A DNA stretch of 42,460 bases, taken from NCBI GenBank assembly GCA_030141605.1, contig JAQGDQ010001402.1, positions 1 to 42,460 on the forward strand. The letters run 5' to 3'. The position numbers were made by a program, and so were the translations under genes. The notes beneath the pieces were generated by a model. It was not told the DNA's origin, did no database searches, and saw only the letters and a list, made by a program, of their open reading frames with translations. Source of the DNA: Tubiluchus corallicola. Taxonomy: Eukaryota > Animalia > Priapulida. Shown piece after piece: positions 1 through 9,852 of this stretch (positions are counted from its first letter, which is position 1; each line of letters begins with the position of its first letter).

Positions 1-313
1 ACAGCGAACAACGAAAAACTAAAAATAGCCACTGTAGAATCTAGTTTCCAATTCCATTCACAAATTTTTCTTTATAAATATTTAAACGATTTAATGCCAG
101 CTTTCAAAGCCAATGAGCTTCCATTTAATATCGAAAAAATGTTAAACCAAAGACCACACAGCATAAAACAAATAAACACATAATATAATAAATATGGACA
201 CAATTCAGTCTGCGAAGCGGCAATAAATGCATGGAATGCGTGTCCCAGTTAATGTAAAATCTGCAGTGACTATCAAAAATTTCAAAAATGAACTGAAAAA
301 CATACTGTACTAG
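1..313 (+). mobile_element. Degenerate 3' end of a non-LTR retrotransposon (CR1/L2/Jockey-like LINE) ORF2
   Basis: Translates as ...IFLYKYLNDLMP...*YNKYGHNSVCEAAINAWNA / PVNVKSAVTIKNFKNELKNILY*, with one stop and one frameshift. This matches the YG..S....WN.LP..VK....FK..LK tail typical of LINE ORF2. Confidence 0.65.
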
Positions 314-750
314 CCTTAATTAAAAAAAACAATATGGAAGATTAAATCACACCTTATTGTCATTATCATCGTTCACCCAGTAGTCTGTAGTGAGTGAGTT
401 TACCGTTTAAATTTACCGATCACATCAACAAATTTAAACCCAACACACACAAAAATCTGAACAATAATGCGCCCAATTTCAATTTCATACGTTTAGTATT
501 TGCAAAAAACTATTTTGTAAATATTGTAAACGTGTTAAATTTTCCGAACTGTGTGAATTGAAATGTGAAATTATGTGTACTTATGTAATTAATTACAGCC
601 TCAGTTGTGTTTTTAATTGTAAATTCATTTCATTGTATAACAGTATTGCTCACAGCAGTGGAAACACTGGTTATACTATTAATTTTTGAATGTGTAGTTT
701 ACCGTTCAATGATGTGTAATTTTTATAGCAATAAAGAATTTTGTTATTTT

Positions 751-836
<86 letters not shown>

Positions 837-872
837 TGTTGTTGTTATTATTATTATTATTATTATTATTAA

Positions 873-961
<89 letters not shown>
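751..961 (+). repeat. Compound microsatellite (ATC)n(GTT)3(ATT)n
   Basis: Read directly. It may be the tail of the upstream LINE. Confidence 0.97.
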
Positions 962-962
<1 letters not shown>

Positions 963-1892
963 TTATTATATATTTATTGTTTCTTGAAGATTCACGTGCG
1001 GGATATTATACATAGACATTGATAAAATATCCCGCAATTAAGAGGCAAAAAAACTGTGGACAAAACATCATTATTAAAGCACTAATGATTTCAGAATGCA
1101 GAAAAGAAACCACCAGAGAAGACCACAAAAGTCCAGCCTTGTTACTATACGACACTTAAGAAGAATTCGTGAAGCAAAAGTAATGTACAGCTGCAGGAGT
1201 TATGTTTTTCCTTTCTTGAATCTCCTTTACCTTTCATCAACAGTAATTCCAAGCAGTAAGAAATGTCTTTGAAAAAAGGAATGCATGTAAGCAAGAAAGG
1301 AAAATATTGGACATGAAAAAATCAAAATAATATTTCACCTTCTTTCTTAAAATATAGTAGCGGGTACGTAACTTGTATATAAAAGGACTTACATTTAAAG
1401 TGTCTACATCTGATTCATTGATGATTTTCTGTATTGTGGCAGCACATGTTCGACTTTTACTATAAAACTCTTCAACCTAAACTGCTTACATTTGACGAAA
1501 GTTATATGTTTTCTCAGTGTAGTTTTGATATAAATGTAGTGTGAAGTAAATGTATTTATGTTTATAATGGCTTTTTATACTGAAAGAGGATCAATCTAAT
1601 TGTATCTTATCTAATCGATAAGAAATGAAGCTACCATCCGTAACATTGGTCATAGAATATTTCGACAATTAAAGAACAATGCTACCAAAGTGTATCATAA
1701 ACGTTCCCGTACAACTTGACTTAATTATACTGGAAGCTAGAATCGTGTGTTTTAAATGCTGTGGCGGGACAAGAATCTAGAGATTTGTAAAATGATCAAC
1801 CTCGGCAGCTATTGATCAGGAAGAAACAAAACTAAGAAAAAGTTAATCGTTAAAACAAAATTTGAATGCAATAAAAAGAACGACGAAAGGAT

Positions 1893-2020
1893 AAGATAAA
1901 AGAAAAAAGAAAACAAAACGAAAAGAAAAGAAATAAAAAGAAAAGAAAAGAAAAGAAAAGAAAAGAGAAGAAAACGAAACGAAAGGAAACGAAAGGAAAA
2001 GAAAAAAGAAAATGAAATGA
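1893..2020 (+). repeat. Degenerate (GAAAA)n tract (mirror ~40430-40570)
   Basis: Read directly. Length differs between arms. Confidence 0.9.
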
Positions 2021-2589
2021 AATAGTGCTTTTTCTGGGCCGCTGGTATTCTTAATTGTAAAATTCCTATTAGGACACAAAGGAAATAAAATTTTTCAAAC
2101 ATTACAGGGCTCACGTTTTCAGTACTTCAATTGTATGTTGTTTATCATATATTAAAGCTTAGACAATAAGATACTCTCTCTTCTTCCTGAAAATAAACAC
2201 GCACTGTACACTTTAGTTTATGTGAAGCCAAAATTCCCAAGCCCCGCTTAAATTGTGAAATAGCCCCATAAAGTAACGAGCCTTTCCCGGAATCCCGTCA
2301 CATAATGTTCTGCACATGCGCAGCAGGGAAGCAAAGGCAGCCCATCATAGTCCCATAACAGTGTATTCTGTAGTATTTATTAGTACAACAATAAATTATT
2401 ACGACGCTCCCATTAAATGAGTTGCAACATTGGCAACATTTTAGAATTAAGAGAGATGTGTTGATTGTGCACATAATTTAATAAATTGCGTGTGAGTTGC
2501 TTCGCTTTGCTGGATAATTTTCTCTTTAGACATTTTGCGGTGAGATATGAGCGATAAACGTTATAAATGATGTTATAAATGATGCAAAT

Positions 2590-3912
2590 ATGTCGACTGT
2601 TCCCAGAAAGCAAACAGTTGTTTACTTGTTTATTTTATGCGCAATGATCTCATTTGTGGGACAGTTGAACTATATTTACAGTAAAGGACAATTGTTTTAT
2701 GTCCATGTTTTGGACGGTCAGTGGTTGCCGGTGAAAAACTCCACTGCGGCCGTTTATTCAGCATTTTACGATGACCGCGCAGCAAGAGAAATGGTTCGCA
2801 TTGTTGGTATCACTCGAAGCGACATCAGGCAGGAGTTCTTCTGTCATCTTTTCTACAGCAATAATGCCGTGGCCGTGGTCGATGCGGTCACAGTTGCCGT
2901 TGTTGACTACCACGGCAACAACTACACGTGTGCCATGTTCAAATGTCAACTTCCAAACAACGAGAAACCGAGTTCTGTCATCATGTCTCCGTCGTCAACG
3001 GTGGAGCCAAACGAGAGACGTCTTCGAGTCCTACATTCACCTGAGAGGACAAAGGAAGAGCAGTACCTGTTTGGAATTTGTGTGCCTCCTTTACATTCCA
3101 CAGTAAACCCTCTCCATTTCATAGAGTTTGTAGAAATGAACAGGATTTTGGGGGTGGAGAAATTAATGATTTATACTGGCAGTGTCAGTAAACAGTTGCA
3201 ACGTGTGATTGACTGGTACGTGAAACAGGAGTTTATGACTCAGTTAGACTGGGCCCTCAGAACGAACTATGTCCCCCGGGGTTTGACCACACCGGACGGT
3301 CAGGCATGGGACTTACATTACAATGGACAATTGGCGGCCGCGCAGGACTGCTTGTACAGAAACATGCAAGAGTATCAGTATCTCGTATTTCAAGATTTGG
3401 ACGAGTTTGTAGTTCCTTTCACTGAAGTCACGTGGACAGGAATGGTCAACGCCATGAGACCTAATAACAGAGGAAAGACCGTGGTGGGTTATCAGTTCAG
3501 AAACGACTTCGCGTACGTGAATTTTACTGAAAATGACCTTAATGTCTTTGATGCAAGTAACCCACAAAAAAGTCTGCGACTAACAAAGACAAAGTTCACA
3601 TCAGACGGGAAGTTTTGGCCACCCGAACAGCGTTCCAAGATGATGGTCAAGCCGAGGTCAGTGGCCATCATGCACGTCCACAACATTTTTAGGGCGTTGA
3701 ATCGAAACAGCGCTGAGTACATTGTGCCCACAGAGGTGGCGTTTCTACACCATATTCGTGTTAATGGTGATTCTTCAGAAACAGCAGGTAACACAGGTGC
3801 AACAACTCGAAAAAGATCACGCGTAAGATTGCCTTTGAATAGTGAAACGTGGTTGGAACAGTTAGAAGATCGTGTGACAGAAAGATTGAAAGATGTAGAT
3901 CTTGAAAACTGA
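2590..3912 (+). CDS. Glycosyltransferase family 92 (DUF23) protein, type II membrane, intronless CDS, 440 aa
   Basis: Short N-tail plus hydrophobic anchor (VVYLFILCAMISFV). GT92-type motifs VYSAFYDDR, ICVPPLH...FIEFVEMNRILGVEK..IY, GQLAAAQDCLYR, DxD (QDLDEF), RSKMMVKP...HVH and LHH. Confidence 0.9.
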   Translation: MSTVPRKQTVVYLFILCAMISFVGQLNYIYSKGQLFYVHVLDGQWLPVKNSTAAVYSAFYDDRAAREMVRIVGITRSDIRQEFFCHLFYSNNAVAVVDAVTVAVVDYHGNNYTCAMFKCQLPNNEKPSSVIMSPSSTVEPNERRLRVLHSPERTKEEQYLFGICVPPLHSTVNPLHFIEFVEMNRILGVEKLMIYTGSVSKQLQRVIDWYVKQEFMTQLDWALRTNYVPRGLTTPDGQAWDLHYNGQLAAAQDCLYRNMQEYQYLVFQDLDEFVVPFTEVTWTGMVNAMRPNNRGKTVVGYQFRNDFAYVNFTENDLNVFDASNPQKSLRLTKTKFTSDGKFWPPEQRSKMMVKPRSVAIMHVHNIFRALNRNSAEYIVPTEVAFLHHIRVNGDSSETAGNTGATTRKRSRVRLPLNSETWLEQLEDRVTERLKDVDLEN

Positions 3913-5320
3913 TTTAAAGGAAGACCGGACGATTGTTTAGACTCAATCTTATTTTAATTTACTGTCCAAAATATACATTTTCTTGCCTATAAAAATTAGC
4001 AATTGTTTCTTATATTTGAACAATTATCTTAGAAAGTTAATTAACGGAAACCGAACACAGCTATTGCTTACGTCACAAACTAACCACAGCTTGTGCAATG
4101 GCAGGCATCTTCTCTTGCACGTCAAGCACATTTGCACAGGTGTTACAGTACTGCTTATATGCATGATGTCACGAAAATGGGTTTTACATCATATGACGTC
4201 AGAAACTAACACTGCAGTTCATGATCATGGTTATCACGGTACCGCCTTCTATTTGTCGGCCACGCGAACGTGACAAAAAGGCGTCGCTGCCAATCTTAGG
4301 CCGAGTTTGCAAGTTTGTATCAGCTTTTGCACATTACAGAGTTAATGTACAGTATAATCACTTCGTTTTCCCGCTTTTCAGGGCTAAAAATTGTTGTTAT
4401 CGTCTAAACGAATTACAATAGTTTTTTTGCAAATCCATCGCATTAACATCATCAGTGATAACCTTAGAGATGAGCTATTGAAGGACACACAGGTTTCTTA
4501 GGGGCGTTCGAATGCATATGCATCAGCATTCAATAAAATAAATGACATGTGTATTAAACCCCATAGAAATAGTCACTCACCAATTAGTTATCATTACCCG
4601 ACATTGCTTAACTTCGTAGCTGAGCAATATAGTGACTACTTGGTTATTTCTACTAACGTCGCAATAGGTTGAAGGCTTTGAAGCACGTTGAAGCGGCTAG
4701 TGAGTGCAGTAATTTTAATGCTTACTATTAACTGCTGCTTGAAAACTCTGTTTGTCTATAACAAGGATATGGATAGTGCTTAACTTCTTGGCTTTTTCTT
4801 GCGCATGTACATAAATGGCTTTTGGTTCAATTCTGGTCATTTTCCACTGATACTTAGGTGTAAATAGGTGTTTACTGTATAAATAAGTAACGAAACTCTT
4901 GAATTTAAGAATAATAACAGAAATAATTCATTACAATAATTACTACTGTGGATTATAGTTGCAGCAGTGCTGCTGTTATATTTACGACCTGATAGAAAAC
5001 CTAGTTAAGATTGTTGAGTTCGACGTAAGTTTATAATATTTTAAAATTAGGAAATAGAGGAAATAACTAAACTTTCTTTCAGACGTGCCAGAGCATGCAG
5101 AATGTTAATAAAGATTTCTTCTATTACTGTATGTACGTATAGTCCTGCCTTTTATTATTATTATGAGTTATGCATAAAAATATACAGCTTACAAAGGCAA
5201 CAGTATGTCAGTAAATATTATTCATAAAAGAATCACAAGAGATCTAAAAATGAAACTGCAACGTTTTGTTCTCTTTTACGCAGCATTATAGTGATTTTGT
5301 CATTTTGGGTATTTATAGTA

Positions 5321-5374
5321 TAACTGTACATAACTGTATAACTGCACATAACTGTACATAACTGTATAACTGTA
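5321..5374 (+). repeat. Short tandem repeat of taactgta(ca) units
   Basis: taactgtaca taactgta taactgcaca taactgtaca taactgta taactgta. Mirror at ~37048-37102. Confidence 0.8.
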
Positions 5375-6491
5375 CTACAAAGGGATTCTACTTGAACATG
5401 CCATTATACAGAGTGTCAAAACGTCTTTACACAAGAAACTGAATGGAATAAATAAAAACCAGCAAAACCATGAAAAAGACCATTTAAGTTTGAATAAAAG
5501 GTTCCTATTTTAATAACCGATATTGATCGATGAACGTACGATTTGGCGGGAGTTTCTAAGAAAGACTGGCGTGATGACGTATTCTTTTAAGAACTTTGTT
5601 GATCTACATCTTTAAGATTTTTATGAAAAAAGCAACAAGAATTAAAAAGCCGATTAAATAAAGATTACAGCTGACATATTACAAAGTGTTTATGGTCTAC
5701 GTGTAGTAGCTTTTTAAATTTGAAATCTAATTGGCCTGACAGTTGTTCCTGCCCTCTAGAATGTAGAAACACATACGTGCCTGTAAAAAAATACACATGG
5801 CGGTAATAAAAAATACAAGACTCATAATTATGATGTATTCATTTACAAAAACATTGGGGTCAACGTCAGCCAGTAAGTCTCACTGAAGTGCTTCTGTCTA
5901 CATTTAAAGCTCCATTCAGATTCTTTGGTTTCTTCTGGTGCTGAACGTGTTACGTGCGCCCAGGCTCGGCCGCTGGGGAAGACTTAAAACTTAAAAACTA
6001 CATAATAGCATTCCTTCAGCAAAAAGGAGGTTTTACAAAATTGCAGGGTGATAATAATTATGTAACATTAAGTGTAAATCATATTTATTCTGTTACGATA
6101 AAATTTTTAATAAGCTTTAATGTCTTCGGAGCACCCGGTGATTGGATACGCCATTAAGGATCGTCGGTGTGCGCTGGCCAATAACCACGTAAACTTGGTT
6201 TCACGTTTTTAGTGTTTATGAAACTACAAGAGCAAATTGCTAAACTGGCTCACGGCGCGTGCGTGGACTTCGCTAGACGGCGGAGAATCTCGAATAAAAA
6301 TGTTTATTTAATTTTATTTTGAAGCGTCCCACGGTGGTGCAGAAGCGAATCGTGACGGGCGGCACGGATCATGTCTGAGGATATCCGCTATGATGCATTA
6401 GTTGGTAGGATTAAACGATTAGTCATCTACACACATAAGCATTCAGAATTGCTTTGGTGTTGTCATAAAATGGTAGTACAGATTATACAAG

Positions 6492-6998
<507 letters not shown>

Positions 6999-8553
6999 GG
7001 TCGTGCGCCGAAAATTTTGTTTGAAACTTTACAGCGAGCATAGAAACATCACAAACTAATACAATAAATTATTACACTCGACAGTAACGCAAATGTGAAT
7101 TAATGATAATTACAGTATAACAAACTTTGCCACTATCATCTTAATTCAGAGGAAAATTTACCTCAAAGTGTGACTAGTACATGATACACGTACAAGCAGT
7201 TTAATGAAACGTACGTGACAAGGACTCTTGAAAGACAGGCATTTCTCCAACATCAACAAAATTTGTTTTTCCACTTGTATTGAGTCTCATTAGGGTTAAA
7301 ACTAGACAAAGCAAACAACGTGAATATGAATCTGTGGGTTTCGTTTTACTGTAAAAACACATCGGCAACGTCTAAGTACGTGACTGCGTTGAAACAAGTA
7401 CGTGAGCTAAAACACTAAGAATCGACAATCAAAATGTCAAAATATGTGGTTAAATCACTTGTTTAATTCTTAGTTTTAGTTTATTTAAGTTGCGTGACTT
7501 AATAATTAAAACCACTGTACTAATCATTCTTTTCCGGATTTCGTGAATCCCCCCCCCCCGACTTTGAATTGTCATGCACTGTAATAATTTCTTAGTCAAC
7601 ATACTTTTAGAATGGCAATTATTAAATCAATTTATGAAAGCAAAGCTTTTTTTAATTGCAACACAATACAGTAAAATGGAAAAGAAATGGTTATTTCAAA
7701 GTGTGACAAAACTCGTCTCGGAATGTAAATATCACGTACAAATAATTTTTGAATATGTCTGTGTGAAAGATAAGCACCTTGTTAACGGCCATTAAAAGAA
7801 GAGAGGGAAAGACTAATAGTAAGATCCTCGCAAAAGAAGCCAAATTCGGTTACTGTTAGTATTATATAAATTTACAGTCCACACTGTACCGGCAATAATT
7901 ATTCGTTCTGTCTGAATTTCTTCTCTAATTCTTGCTTGGCACAATTTGCTGTTTTTAAATTGAATTTTCTCCGAAGATAAACGCCTCCTGTATGAGAATC
8001 ACTGAGACAAAATAATTCTCATCATAAGTACTACATTGTGTGACTTTCAGACATGCAAACTTCACAGACGTTGCGCCGTTTATACATGCAGGATTAAAGT
8101 AAATTCTTGTCATAAAAACAAGTTAGAAACGCAAAGCTTGGATACTTAAATCAATAAAACATTTTTTTACAATTTCTTATATACAAAAATGTGATTTTCA
8201 ATTTTTCTGCCTTGTTTTAAATTACGTTTGTGAGCTTTTAATTTCTATTTCAAATTTTAGTAGCGCGTCACAAACAGGTGTAAAAAGTATTCATTTTCTT
8301 TGCAATAAAGAGCGCCGCTAGGCGACAAACTATTCCGCCCCTTTTTGTTATTGCAGTTAAGGTTATTTCTGTAACTATTCAGTAAAGCCTACTTTATCGT
8401 AGCTGCCGGCCGCGTCAAGCAAAAGTAAAGTTAAATACGAAAATAAAGATAATTAAGCAAGAACAAGTGGCATTAAAATACAAGAGAAAAAAACCTCACA
8501 AACATCTATTAATTTTTAATATTTTTATGATGATACTTCGCAATAATCAGAAT

Positions 8554-8588
8554 TTTCTTTCGGAAGTTTTATGGCCCTGAAAAGGGCC
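8554..8588 (-). terminator. Histone mRNA 3' stem-loop (8573-8588) and purine-rich downstream element of H2A
   Basis: GGCCCTTTTCAGGGCC on the minus strand followed by CCGAAAGAAA. Confidence 0.95.
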
Positions 8589-8617
8589 GGTTGGTTAATA
8601 TCGGAGAAGAGATCTCA

Positions 8618-8986
8618 TTAAGCTGCTGTTTTCTTCTTCAATAAGACTGCTTGAATGTTAGGCAAAACACCACCTTGTGCAATGGTTACACTTGACAGAA
8701 ACCTGTTCAATTCTTCGTCATTTCTTATAGCCAGTTGTAAATGGCGAGGAACAATTCTTGTCTTCTTGTTGTCGCGAGCTGCATTTCCAGCAAGTTCTAA
8801 GATTTCAGCGGTTAAATACTCCATCACCGCTGAAAGATAAACCGGAGCTCCAGCACCAACCTTCTTGCTGTAATGACCTTTTTTCAGATACCGGTGAACC
8901 CGTCCAACAGGAAACTGCAATCCAGCTCTTGCTGATCTTGACTTCTTTTTGCCTCCCTTTTTTGCACCTTTACCTCGTCCAGACAT
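8618..8986 (-). CDS. H2A: Histone H2A, divergent stem-loop (replication-dependent type) variant, 122 aa
   Basis: [17 protein letters not shown]...[35 protein letters not shown]...[13 protein letters not shown]. Intronless, with a 3' stem-loop. Confidence 0.98.
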   Translation of the reverse strand: MSGRGKGAKKGGKKKSRSARAGLQFPVGRVHRYLKKGHYSKKVGAGAPVYLSAVMEYLTAEILELAGNAARDNKKTRIVPRHLQLAIRNDEELNRFLSSVTIAQGGVLPNIQAVLLKKKTAA

Positions 8987-9405
8987 TTTCAGTGAAACAA
9001 ATGTTGCTTTATCTGACTTAAAAACAAAATCCCAACTGAGAAAATCTTACATTAATTAATTAGTTACATTAAAGTTATTAAAACTCAGAATCGTTACGAC
9101 GGTATTTATACTTACTTTATGGATTAAACACCACACTGTCAACGGATCTTGCTACGCGGACGTTAGAGTACACGTGCTGTTTGAGATATTGAGCGAGCAA
9201 TTATCTTTATAGTGTGTACTCCAACGCGAGTTTCGAAATATATTACTTCCAATCCTAGTGTGTACTCTAACGCCAGGGTGATGTGGTGCACGGTTAATCC
9301 TGCTTTCTATCCGCTCAAGTGTATAAAAACACGACGCTGCTAAGTGTCAAGTTATTAATTGAGTCGTAGAATTTTGCATTTTTTTTGAACGTGTAAATTG
9401 TGAGA
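8987..9405. promoter_or_regulatory. Bidirectional H2A/H2B promoter
   Basis: TATAAATA on minus (9103-9110) and TATAAAA on plus (9322-9328). Three copies of GTGTACTCYAACG (9161-9173 reverse, 9214-9226, 9260-9272). Confidence 0.8.
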
Positions 9406-9783
9406 ATGGCTGCCAAGTTAGATCCGAAGAAATCAGGAAAAGCTGGGAAGAAAACAACCGTCAACAGAGAAGGAAAGAAAGGTGGAAAGAGGCGAAGACG
9501 AAGAAGAGAAAGTTTTTCTCTTTACATTTATAAAGTGTTAAAGCAGGTCCATCCTGATACTGGTATCTCTAGTAAGGCCATGCGTGTCATGAACAGTTTT
9601 GTGAATGACATCTTTGAACGTCTGGCAACTGAGGCTAGCAACATTGTCAAGCACAATAAGAGAAGCACTATCAGCAGCAGAGAAATCCAAACAGCTGTAC
9701 GCCTCCTCCTTCCTGGGGAACTATCCAAGCACGCTGTCAGTGAGGGCACCAAAGCTGTGACGAAGTACACCACTTCTGCATAG
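9406..9783 (+). CDS. H2B: Histone H2B, divergent Arg-rich variant, 125 aa (ATG at 9406)
   Basis: [20 protein letters not shown]...[31 protein letters not shown]. Intronless, with a 3' stem-loop. Confidence 0.98.
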   Translation: MAAKLDPKKSGKAGKKTTVNREGKKGGKRRRRRRESFSLYIYKVLKQVHPDTGISSKAMRVMNSFVNDIFERLATEASNIVKHNKRSTISSREIQTAVRLLLPGELSKHAVSEGTKAVTKYTTSA

Positions 9784-9815
9784 GGAGCTCATCTTCGGAT
9801 GCATAATAACCAACC

Positions 9816-9852
9816 GGCCCTTTTCAGGGCCACAAAATTTATCCGAAAGAAA
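9816..9852 (+). terminator. Histone mRNA 3' stem-loop (9816-9831) and downstream element of H2B
   Basis: GGCCCTTTTCAGGGCC-ACAAA then CCGAAAGAAA. Confidence 0.95.

Noticed and set aside
607-987. Poly-Ile ORF (and mirror 41478-41819)
   Set aside because: Translation of an ATC/ATT microsatellite.
1809-2114. Phe/Ser-rich ORFs
   Set aside because: Translation of a (TTTTC)n tract, and the frames are not preserved between arms.
2758-3794. Short ORFs overlapping GT92 (and similar ones overlapping the histones)
   Set aside because: Shadow frames of real genes with no recognisable motifs.
9400-9405. H2B start at GTG 9400 as given in the ORF track
   Set aside because: The eukaryotic start is the ATG at 9406.
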